A stretch of DNA of 16,225 nt. It comes from an uncultured Pseudomonadota bacterium (lineage in GTDB: Bacteria; SAR324; NAC60-12). The stretch is from the NCBI GenBank assembly GCA_913020725.1, contig CAJWCD010000085.1:1-16225 (forward strand), given 5' to 3'. This document shows, in pieces, positions 5,046 to 13,191 of the stretch. The translations under genes and the position numbers were made by a program. Each line of letters starts with the position of its first letter. The first letter of the stretch is position 1. Under the pieces are notes generated by a model, which saw only the letters and a list, made by a program, of their open reading frames with translations, searched no databases and was not told the DNA's origin.

Positions 5046-6297
5046 ACGCTACGCCACTCAACCTGTTTACCGCCCCTCGCTGGTGCAAGGAGTGACGCAG
5101 GTGCTCTCCTCCGTTTTCGGCCATCACAAGCCCGCCGACAAGGCCATCGAATCGATTTTTCGGAGCAACAAACGCTGGGGCAAACACGACCGGGCCTTTG
5201 TCGCCGAACGCAGCTACGACCTTGTGCGCTGGTGGAACCGCGTGGAGCGCATGTCCGGAGACAATGGCAACCTGCGCAATCCTGCAACCCTGCTCAGACG
5301 CTGGGCGGCCTACGAAATTTGGCGACACGGAGCCGATCCCACGGATTTCTTGCAGCAGTTTTTTGCGGAAAACGGTGTTGAGATTCCTTCACCGGACGCT
5401 TGGCGCTCCCAATGGAAACGGCTCGAACTGATGCCGTGGGAGGAGGTGGCGTTTCCGGAGTGGCTACACCTGAAATTTACGGAGGAGTACGGCGACGAGG
5501 CGCAAGCGGTGCTGGCCTCCCTCAACGATTCCGCTGCGGTTTGCCTGCGGGTCAACACGCTGAAAACGAACCGCGAGCAGGTGCGACACGCCTTGCAACA
5601 AGACGGGATTGAAACGCAAACAGTCCCGGACCTGCCCCATGCACTTGTGCTGTGGGAGCGAGCGAATGTGTTTCGCACCGAGGCGTTCCAGAAGGGCTGG
5701 CTGGAGGTGCAAGACCTCGCCTCACAGCGTGTCGGGCTGCTGCTCGACCCTCGTCCGGGCGAGCGCGTTGCAGATGCTTGCGCGGGCGCGGGTGGCAAGA
5801 CCCTGCACTTGGCGATGCTGATGGAAAACCGGGGGACGCTGCTGGCACTGGACGTGGTCCATTGGAAGCTGAAGGAACTGCGCAGACGGGCGAAGCGGGC
5901 CGGAGTTGGAAATTATCAGGCCAAGCTGGTGCAATCAACCAAGGATTTCAAGCGTCTGCATCGCAGCTTCGATGCCGTGCTGCTCGACACCCCGTGCAGC
6001 GGCACAGGCACGATCCGCCGCAACCCGGACAAGAAGTGGTCGCTCAGCGAGTCCGGAATCGAACGTTTGGGACGCTTGCAGGCGGAGATCCTTGAAACCT
6101 ACGCCCCACTCGTCAAACCCGGAGGCCGGATGGTGTACGCGACGTGCAGCCTGTTGCAAGCGGAGAATCAGGAACGCCTCAGCGCCTTTCTTGCCAAGCA
6201 TCCCGAATTTGAGTTGGATTCCGACCCGCTGCTGCGGCGTCCGGATTTGCACGGGGAGGACGGCTTTTACGCCCAACGCCTCGTGCGCAAGCGCTGA
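5038..6297 (+). CDS. RsmB/NOP-family SAM-dependent RNA m5C methyltransferase
   Basis: LRVNTLK, EVQDLASQ, DACAGAGGKT, motif IV DTPCSGTG, motif VI YATCS, and DGFY. The likely ATG at 5038 overlaps the end of glnT (ATGTCTGA). Confidence 0.92.
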   Translation: MSERYATQPVYRPSLVQGVTQVLSSVFGHHKPADKAIESIFRSNKRWGKHDRAFVAERSYDLVRWWNRVERMSGDNGNLRNPATLLRRWAAYEIWRHGADPTDFLQQFFAENGVEIPSPDAWRSQWKRLELMPWEEVAFPEWLHLKFTEEYGDEAQAVLASLNDSAAVCLRVNTLKTNREQVRHALQQDGIETQTVPDLPHALVLWERANVFRTEAFQKGWLEVQDLASQRVGLLLDPRPGERVADACAGAGGKTLHLAMLMENRGTLLALDVVHWKLKELRRRAKRAGVGNYQAKLVQSTKDFKRLHRSFDAVLLDTPCSGTGTIRRNPDKKWSLSESGIERLGRLQAEILETYAPLVKPGGRMVYATCSLLQAENQERLSAFLAKHPEFELDSDPLLRRPDLHGEDGFYAQRLVRKR

Positions 6298-8055
6298 CTA
6301 GAGTCGCTCTGGAGGAATGATTCCCAGCAGGTGGAGTCCCTGCTTGAGCGTTTCAGCAACTCCGTGGAAGAGCAGGAGCCGAGCGTGTTGCAGGCTCTCC
6401 GTTTCGGCATGCTTGACCGAACAGGTGGTGTAGGCGCGGCTGAAGTCGCGGGCCAAACCATAGAGTGCGTGAGCCAGCAGGGAGGGTTTGAACTGCTCTC
6501 CGGCGGACCAGACCACCCGGTTGAAGTCGAGCAGCCGTCGGCTCAACGCCTTCTCGTTGGGGTGGCAAAGCAGCGAACAATCGGCAGCGGCGGAGGGTTT
6601 GATGCCCAATTGCCGCACAATGCTGCAAATCCGGACGTAGGCATAAACCAAGTAGGTTCCAGTGTCACCCTCGGTCTTGAGCCAATCCTCCATTGAGAAA
6701 ACGATCTGCTTGGCCGGATCCTGCGCGAGCATCCCGTACTTGAGAGCAGCAACGGCCACCTTCCGGGAAGTCTCCTCGATTTCCTCATCCGGCCACTCCC
6801 CCTTGCGGGCCTGAAAATGCTGTGTCCGCAGCGAGTCCAAGATTTTCTGTCGTAGCTGCGAAAAGAGGATGACGTTGCCCGCCCGCGAACTCATCTTGCC
6901 CTCCGGAAGCATCACCAGCGCGTAGGGCAAATGGTGACACAACTCCGCCTGCGCATAGCCCATGCTGCGCAGGGTTGCAAAGACCTGCTTGAAGTGCAAG
7001 GTCTGCTCCGCGCCCACGACATAGATCGAACGGTCAATTCCGAACTGCTCAAACTTGCGCTTGGCAAGCGCGAGGTCCTTGGTGGAGTAGAGTGTGGTGC
7101 CGTCCGACTTGAGCAGCAGAAAGAACCCCAACTGCTCTTCCTCCAAGTCCATTCCGATGGCCCCATCTGAAAATTGGAAAACGCCGTCCTGCTCGCCTTG
7201 CAAAACCATCTTCCTGCCCTCGTCGTCCACTTCCGATTCAAAGAAAATGTGGTCGAAGTGAACACCCAGCCATTCGTAGATTTCAGCAAAATCGTCGAGG
7301 GACCACTGGCGGGTTTCCTCCCAAATGGCGATGAGTTTTGGGTCGTCTCCCTCCAGTTTTTGCAGAATTTTCCGGACCTCCTGCTGATAAGTCTCTCGCA
7401 GCTCCGCAGGTGCGTCTTCAAGCAGCAGTGTGGCCTTGGTGTACAGCTCCCCTAGCCATGCGCCGCGTTGCTGCTCCGGAGGGGATTCCTGATTGAAAGA
7501 CTCGTAGTACCAGAGGCATTTCGCAATGTGGGTGCCAACATCGCCGATGTAATTGGCACCGATGACCTCGTAGCCGTTGTAGCGAAAAATCCGGCAGAGG
7601 GCATCGCCCAGCGCGACGTTGCGCAAATGTCCCACATGAAAACCCTTGTGGGTGTTCGGCTGAGAAAACTCGATCATCACCCGTTCACGGGTTTCCGTTT
7701 GGGCTGCACTGAAGGACTCTCCACTGGCAAGGGCAGGGAGGATGGCGTCTGCCAGCGCTCCGGGGCTGATCGTGAAGTTGAGGTAGGGTCCCGTGGCCTG
7801 CACCTGCTCCACTCCGTGTGCACTCACTCCGGAGTGCGTCCACTGCTCGGCAAGTTCTGCGGCAATGTCGGGTGGGGCTTTGCGGAAAAACCGGGCGAGT
7901 TGGAAGCACGGAAAGGCGTAGTCTCCCAAGGACGCATCCGGAGGTTGCTCCAACAGGGCAAGCACCTCGGCGACGGACCACTCCGGAGCGGAATCGCAGG
8001 AACTCAACAGTCCTGTGAGGGCCGAGGCGAGACCCCGCTCAAACACATTTTTCAT
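6298..8055 (-). CDS. argS: Arginine--tRNA ligase
   Basis: GDYAFPCF, GPYLNF, IEFSQPNTHKGFHVGHLRN (HIGH motif), LLKSDGTTLYSTKDLA, KMSSRAGN, DALR-type C-terminus ending PPERL. Confidence 0.97.
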   Translation of the reverse strand: MKNVFERGLASALTGLLSSCDSAPEWSVAEVLALLEQPPDASLGDYAFPCFQLARFFRKAPPDIAAELAEQWTHSGVSAHGVEQVQATGPYLNFTISPGALADAILPALASGESFSAAQTETRERVMIEFSQPNTHKGFHVGHLRNVALGDALCRIFRYNGYEVIGANYIGDVGTHIAKCLWYYESFNQESPPEQQRGAWLGELYTKATLLLEDAPAELRETYQQEVRKILQKLEGDDPKLIAIWEETRQWSLDDFAEIYEWLGVHFDHIFFESEVDDEGRKMVLQGEQDGVFQFSDGAIGMDLEEEQLGFFLLLKSDGTTLYSTKDLALAKRKFEQFGIDRSIYVVGAEQTLHFKQVFATLRSMGYAQAELCHHLPYALVMLPEGKMSSRAGNVILFSQLRQKILDSLRTQHFQARKGEWPDEEIEETSRKVAVAALKYGMLAQDPAKQIVFSMEDWLKTEGDTGTYLVYAYVRICSIVRQLGIKPSAAADCSLLCHPNEKALSRRLLDFNRVVWSAGEQFKPSLLAHALYGLARDFSRAYTTCSVKHAETESLQHARLLLFHGVAETLKQGLHLLGIIPPERL

Positions 8056-8067
8056 GATTCAGGCAGC

Positions 8068-8091
8068 AAGAAGTGACCCCAGTGGGATCAC
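8068..8091 (-). terminator. Hairpin between infA and argS, weak terminator candidate
   Basis: Minus strand GTGATCCC-ACT-GGGGTCAC followed by TTCTT. Confidence 0.35.
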
Positions 8092-8118
8092 ACGGTCAGA
8101 AAGGACGAGGAATGCGGG

Positions 8119-8340
8119 TCAGGGCGTGATACGTTCCCGGCGAGTGATACGACCCTTGGACAAGTCGTAGGGGGAGATTTCCACCGTCACAGAATCTCCG
8201 GGCAGCACCCGGATTTTGTACATCTTCATCTTGCCGGAAAGATAGCCGGTGACCACATGATCGTTCTCCAGTTTCACCCGGAAAATGCCTTTGGAGGATT
8301 CAAGGACAGTGCCTTTGATTTCAAGTTTTTCTTCGCTCAA
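8119..8340 (-). CDS. infA: Translation initiation factor IF-1 (TTG start)
   Basis: FRVKLENDH...[39 protein letters not shown] 6 nt before TTG. Confidence 0.97.
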   Translation of the reverse strand: MSEEKLEIKGTVLESSKGIFRVKLENDHVVTGYLSGKMKMYKIRVLPGDSVTVEISPYDLSKGRITRRERITP

Positions 8341-8384
8341 GTTTTGCTCCGTGAAAAATTAGAATCTTGTGTTTACAAAAAAAC

Positions 8385-8413
8385 ATTATTACTGTCTCTT
8401 GTAGAAGCTGCAA
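8385..8413 (-). promoter_or_regulatory. Candidate sigma70 promoter for infA
   Basis: TTGCAG (8413-8408), 17-nt spacer, AATAAT (8390-8385). Confidence 0.4.
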
Positions 8414-8465
8414 GCCGGATCATGCGGTGCCGTTGCGCGTTGTACCACCTTAAAGGGAATGACCA

Positions 8466-8930
8466 ATGTACGAGTTGAAGATTCAGCCCGAGTTTCTTGA
8501 GAAGCTGAGTCCAGATGGGAAAAAATGGTTGGCCCGTGCAATGGTGGGGGCCTTGGTTGTCGATAAAACGCTCGATGCCAGCGAGATGCCCTACATGAAA
8601 GAGGCACTGGGCATTGTTGCAGAGAACGCCGAGGAAAAGCAGGTTTTGCTGGAAGCTGCGAAAACCCGCCAGGTTCCAGACCTTGGCAACCTTGAGGTGG
8701 ATCGGGAAGCGGCGGGGGCCTTCTTCTACTACCTTGTCGAACTGATTGCCGCGGATGGCAAGGTGAAGAACTCCGAGGTCACTTACCTGACCACGATCTG
8801 TGGCAAGTTGGGCTTCCCTCCGGAAACGGCGAAAAACGCTCTGCGCTGGTCTCGTGACCTCGTGAAGCTCAACCAGGAACGGAATCTGATGATCGCCGCA
8901 CTCAAGCAATTGCGACCAGTTTACGCCTGA
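8466..8930 (+). CDS. TerB-family protein
   Basis: Two TerB-type acidic motifs: ALVVDKTLDASE and LIAADGKVKNSEVTYLTTICGKLGF. AAAGGGAA lies upstream. Confidence 0.8.
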   Translation: MYELKIQPEFLEKLSPDGKKWLARAMVGALVVDKTLDASEMPYMKEALGIVAENAEEKQVLLEAAKTRQVPDLGNLEVDREAAGAFFYYLVELIAADGKVKNSEVTYLTTICGKLGFPPETAKNALRWSRDLVKLNQERNLMIAALKQLRPVYA

Positions 8931-11227
8931 TCCGGAATTTCACTCCGCACCAGTTTCAAGCTCCCGTCTTGAACCACCACCTTCAGGTTTAGGTTTCCGG
9001 ATGCCCGAACTTGCAGGAGTTGCCCTGCCAATTCCTGCTCCAGCCGTTCCTCAATCCTCCAGCGCAATCCCCAGCGGGCTTGGGCTTCCGGACACAAGCC
9101 GACCGCCTCGACAGGCAGGGTGCTTTCCCAAGTGATCCGGATTCCGGACTGGAGTGCTTTTGCCTGAAGCTTTGCCAGCATGTCCTCAGCGATGCGGCGA
9201 CGCTCGCTTGTGCTGGGCTGCGCAAAGGTGAGGATTGCATCCAAGTGTTCCAGCCAAAGCACAGGAATGTGCCGCCCAACAAAGCGTAGCCAATCCGAGG
9301 TTTGGCTAGGAGAGCTTGAGGCGGAATCCAGTGTTGCTTCCAAAACCAGCAAGCGATCCCCCACGGTTCCAGAAAAGGGCGAATCCGCCCCAGAAACCCA
9401 TGCTTTCAGCCGCCGCACTTCGGATTCACTCATTTTCGTGAGGTGGTCCAGATGCACCAATCCCCGTGCGGGCAGTGGTGCTTTGGTTCGAGATGCAGAG
9501 GTTGAAGTCTCCGCTCCACTCTCGTCCGCGATGACGAGTGACTGCGCGTTGCTTCCGCACCAAGTGTTTTGCAAGACGCGGAGCAGCGTGGTTTTTCCCG
9601 AACCTTGTGGGCCGACCCAAAGTAGAACCCCGCGTAGGTGGCCATCCGGAGTTTTGATGCGCATCAACGATTGGAGCAGCGAGTCAAAAACCGGCTCGGA
9701 TCCGACCACTGCCCTAGTGAGTTGCTCCTTCAAGCGCAGCAGTCGTTCCGGTAGCGTGTCCAGTAGCAGTTCCGGAGTTTGTCCAAGGAACTGCCCGGCG
9801 ATTTCAGCAACCCACATTGGCGTGATGCACTCCGGAAGCAAACGTTTTCCGTCCAGCCGAGCAAGTTCATGATTTGCGTTCTCAATCTCTGTGCTGAGAG
9901 CAGACTGCGTTTCAAAATGCAGCTCGGACGCACGGTCCAAGTCCCCTTGGTCCAGGGCGTTCTGCTCGGCGCGCCGGACTTCTTCCTGCTTGCGTTGGAG
10001 TTGAGCAAGGCGCAGCAAGAGCTTGGGTTGCGGGCTGTCCGGATGTTCCAAGGCAAACTGGTCAAGTTTCACGCCATATTCAAAGGCCGCTTTTTCCAGC
10101 AAACCCAGCGCCGAACTGGGCCGAGCCTGCTCCGGAGATGTTGAAAGCGCAAGGCGTGCCACCAGCGGCAGGGTTTCTGGAGCAAGGTAAACGTTGTGGC
10201 TTTCCTCAACAACACACTTGTGGTCCCACAGCACCTCAGTCGTGGCTTCAACTCCGAGCGGCAGCAACGGCAGCAGAGCGGTTTGAGTGTTCGCCGAGTG
10301 GGGGTCCGGATAGTGAGCAAGCTGCTCTGGCGTCAGGCTGACAAGCAGTTTGAGCGAATCGTGTGGCTGGATCAGTTCCAAAAGTTGTTGGACAAACAGA
10401 GACCGGGGGTTGTGCTGACTCGTGTGGGAAGCTGGAGCATCGAGCACCAAAATCGTCGGGGTGGGCCGCGCCTGAAGCTCATCGAACAGTTGCTGGGGAA
10501 AGTCCGGAGCCTCCCCCTTCGTGGAGAGAGAGGGCAGACTCGTGACCAGCCGATACCCCCGTAACGGACTGGGCACCAACTCCTGCACAAAGCGACGGGC
10601 AAGTTCCCGGAGCAGGGCCGTCTTTCCGCAGCCCGGAACCCCAACCAGCAAAACACAGGTGATGGTGCGACTGCTCAACAGACGCAAACAGCGCAGCAAC
10701 GCTTCGTCACGTCCACGCAGGGAAAAACCGTTTGGAGAGGTCGGCCCTTTGAATTCTGCCAACAGCGGAACACTGGTTTGAACCTCCGGAACCCCTGCAC
10801 TCGGTGAAAGCACCGGGGCTGCGGTTGTGCTCTCGCTGGACTCCGGAACAGGGGCCGGAGCAGCGACTTGGTAGTCTTCAAGAATTCCGGCCTCGCCCAA
10901 GGCATCCCAAAGTTCCGAAACTCCGGGAGGAGTCGCTTGCGCTTGTGTGGCCTTGATGAGATTTAGGAGCAACTGTTTCAGCGACGGATCAACGCAGGCA
11001 AACTTCAGTTGCCGTTCCGGAGCAGGGGTGTGATCCAACTCCGACTCCAAGGACTGGGCGGTGAGACCGGGGGTGAGGTTGGCAGGAGGCGAGGCCGAGT
11101 GACTGAGCAGCACCCAGAGCAGGTGATGCGGCGTGATCCAGGCATCCTTGCGGCGCTCCGCCAGTCGCCGGGATTCCAGCAGAACAGTCCGGGCTTGTGC
11201 TTCAAAGCGGTGGATGGGTAGGCTCAT
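8921..11227 (-). CDS. Degenerate ClpB/ClpC-like double AAA+ protein (768 aa), probable pseudo-ATPase
   Basis: Clp N-domain-like start (RFEAQARTVL...ITPHHLLWVLL), GRDEAL, Walker A GVPGCGKT, ClpB M-domain-like GDLDRASELHF, second Walker A GPQGSGKT, and a D2-small-like end. Walker B motifs read LVLDA and VHLDH. Start placed at MSLPIHRF. Confidence 0.8.
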   Translation of the reverse strand: MSLPIHRFEAQARTVLLESRRLAERRKDAWITPHHLLWVLLSHSASPPANLTPGLTAQSLESELDHTPAPERQLKFACVDPSLKQLLLNLIKATQAQATPPGVSELWDALGEAGILEDYQVAAPAPVPESSESTTAAPVLSPSAGVPEVQTSVPLLAEFKGPTSPNGFSLRGRDEALLRCLRLLSSRTITCVLLVGVPGCGKTALLRELARRFVQELVPSPLRGYRLVTSLPSLSTKGEAPDFPQQLFDELQARPTPTILVLDAPASHTSQHNPRSLFVQQLLELIQPHDSLKLLVSLTPEQLAHYPDPHSANTQTALLPLLPLGVEATTEVLWDHKCVVEESHNVYLAPETLPLVARLALSTSPEQARPSSALGLLEKAAFEYGVKLDQFALEHPDSPQPKLLLRLAQLQRKQEEVRRAEQNALDQGDLDRASELHFETQSALSTEIENANHELARLDGKRLLPECITPMWVAEIAGQFLGQTPELLLDTLPERLLRLKEQLTRAVVGSEPVFDSLLQSLMRIKTPDGHLRGVLLWVGPQGSGKTTLLRVLQNTWCGSNAQSLVIADESGAETSTSASRTKAPLPARGLVHLDHLTKMSESEVRRLKAWVSGADSPFSGTVGDRLLVLEATLDSASSSPSQTSDWLRFVGRHIPVLWLEHLDAILTFAQPSTSERRRIAEDMLAKLQAKALQSGIRITWESTLPVEAVGLCPEAQARWGLRWRIEERLEQELAGQLLQVRASGNLNLKVVVQDGSLKLVRSEIPDQA

Positions 11228-11362
11228 GCGGGCAAGCAGCCAAAGGATCCGTTGAAAAACTGAGATTATTCCAGCCACAGCCAACAATTTCAATGCGGCG
11301 GTGGCAGAATGCTGCTGGAATGACCATGCTCCTTGGGCACCTGATGGTCACTTGGCTTGGGA

Positions 11363-11875
11363 ATGTCCGGTGAGAAGTGGAATAAGTTCGGCTACTCCAG
11401 CCCAAACCACAAACAGTTCGTCACGGCTCCGGAACGCTCCGGACTTTACTACTTCCGTTTGCACGGTGAATCGGGGCAGTTCTTCTCGTTTCCTTGGGTG
11501 GTTGCTCCCAAAAAACCACAGGCCAAGCTCGCAGTTCTGCTCTCTAATCTCACTTGGAACGCCTACAATAACTTTGGCGGGCGCAGCAACTACATCCACC
11601 CGGATCGGCTACCTCCGACGCCAACGCTCAACGCTCGGCTGGAGCTGGACCGCTACACCGCTCCAGAACACTTGGACTACAAGGGGGTGGACTACGATTC
11701 CCTCTCCCTCGACCGACCCGAGGCGATCAATCATATTCCGGAGGAGGTGCAAGTCACCGATCCCATTGAGGGACGGGCGGCCTGCCATTTAGCGGCAGCG
11801 GAGTGGCGGCGGCTCGGAGGGTTGGAGCGTGAAGGTATCGAGCATGATGTCTATGCCGAAACGCAGCTTCATTAG
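11363..11875 (+). pseudogene. Internal fragment of an N,N-dimethylformamidase large-subunit-family gene
   Basis: SGLYYFRL...FPWVVAP...LAVLLSNLTWNAYNNFGGRSNY...LSLDRP...LEREGIEHDVYAETQLH*. Recognisable family core, but much shorter than full-length members and cut at both ends. Confidence 0.75.
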
Positions 11876-11879
11876 ACCT

Positions 11880-11948
11880 TATTGCATCCTGCTCCGCCAT
11901 TGCTTTCAACTCATGGGATTTCAGGTTGTGCCACAGCAATTCCGGCAT
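11880..11948 (-). pseudogene. N-terminal stub of a creatininase-family amidohydrolase
   Basis: CAGGAAACC-ATG then MPELLWHNLKSHELKAMAEQDAI, the typical leader before 'VILPxGSxEQHG'. That motif is missing and the frame runs into the antisense of the DMFase fragment. Confidence 0.6.
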
Positions 11949-13191
11949 GGTTTCCTGCTTGGGTTTTGGATGGCCCGGAAACCTTTTTGGCAAGCAAGGT
12001 ATTGAGCCGCTGAGCGATTAGTTCCGGATGTTCCGGTTTGAGGCTGGAGGCGCTGAATATCAGTATGCCTTGATCTAGCTGTCCCGGATCAGGATGGATG
12101 CTGGGATTCTCCTTTTGTAGTTCGAGAAGGAGTTTGAAGGCTCCATCCCTATCTCCCTTGTCAAGGGTCAGATGCAGTTTTGGTTCTTCGGTTCCAGTGT
12201 CCGGAACAATTCTAACCCAAGCTTGGAATTCCGGACGCAGTTGCTCCAAGAGGTGTTGCAAGAGTTGTTGGTATTGCAGATGTTGCGTTTCCACTGAATC
12301 ATGGGTGAAGCGTTGTAATGCGACAAGCAGTCCCACCACCTGCTCCTTACCAACCTTGCAGGTCCGTCCGATCCCGTGCTGAGGGAGCCCCCTCAGCTTG
12401 GACTTCTCAAAGAGCCCCGGAGGGGGATTCCACTGCTCGAAGAAGATGTCTTGGTCTAGATTCTGAAGAGCAGCGGAGGCCACCAGATCCCTGCGCCCAC
12501 AAAGAATCCCGGACCCCTGTGGCCCGCCGATGGCCTTGCCTCCGCTGAAGGCGACAAGATCGGCACCCTCCTCGATGAAGCGCCACAGGTTCTCGATTGG
12601 AGGCACTTGTGCGGCGGCGTCTACCAGCACTGGAATGCCAGCAGCGCGAGCAACTTTGGCGATGTCTTTGAGAGCCGGCCGGGATTGGGGATGGGCAACA
12701 TAGAAGACACAAGCCGTGTTCTCGCCAATGGCATCGGCGATTTCCCACGGTTCGGCATCGCGGATGCCGGCTCCGCTGTAGCGATCCGGTAGCCCCACCT
12801 CCACGAGCTTGACACCTACTGCTCGGATCGCGTGATCGTAGAGGTTGCGCTGACTTCGGACCATCACGACCTCATTCCGCATCCCGGACGTGTCTGGCAG
12901 TCGGTTCATCTTGGCCGGATCGAGCCCTGCGACACACGCTGCCGTTCCAAGCAGTAAGCCTGCCGCCGCTCCAGAAGTGACACAGCCTGCCTCCGCACCA
13001 GTGATTTCAGCAATGATCGCACTGGCACGGGTCTGGAGTTCCGTCATGTCCACACAGTGTTGCGTTGCCTCCTGCATGGCGGAGGCAACCTCGGCCGCCA
13101 TCAGTCCGCCGCTCAATCGAGTGGCTGGCCCCTTGGCGTTGATGATGGTGCGGACTCCCAGCCGCTCGTAGACATTCAACCTAGTTTTCAT
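11911..13191 (-). CDS. SelA-like / DgaE-family PLP-dependent enzyme
   Basis: VYERLGVRTIINAKGPATRLSGG, VTSGAAAG, LVDAAA, ADLVAFSGGKAIGGPQGSGILCG (PLP lysine), IGRTCKVGKE. The start at 13191 overlaps the end of the upstream gene. Confidence 0.88.
   Translation of the reverse strand: MKTRLNVYERLGVRTIINAKGPATRLSGGLMAAEVASAMQEATQHCVDMTELQTRASAIIAEITGAEAGCVTSGAAAGLLLGTAACVAGLDPAKMNRLPDTSGMRNEVVMVRSQRNLYDHAIRAVGVKLVEVGLPDRYSGAGIRDAEPWEIADAIGENTACVFYVAHPQSRPALKDIAKVARAAGIPVLVDAAAQVPPIENLWRFIEEGADLVAFSGGKAIGGPQGSGILCGRRDLVASAALQNLDQDIFFEQWNPPPGLFEKSKLRGLPQHGIGRTCKVGKEQVVGLLVALQRFTHDSVETQHLQYQQLLQHLLEQLRPEFQAWVRIVPDTGTEEPKLHLTLDKGDRDGAFKLLLELQKENPSIHPDPGQLDQGILIFSASSLKPEHPELIAQRLNTLLAKKVSGPSKTQAGNHAGIAVAQPEIP

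Noticed and set aside
8921..11227. ClpV/TssH of a type VI secretion system
   Set aside because: No T6SS genes in the window and the catalytic motifs are degenerate.
11911..13191. True selenocysteine synthase SelA
   Set aside because: Motifs fit the SelA-related/DgaE subfamily, the SelA N-terminal tRNA-binding domain is absent, and no selB/selC/selD is adjacent.
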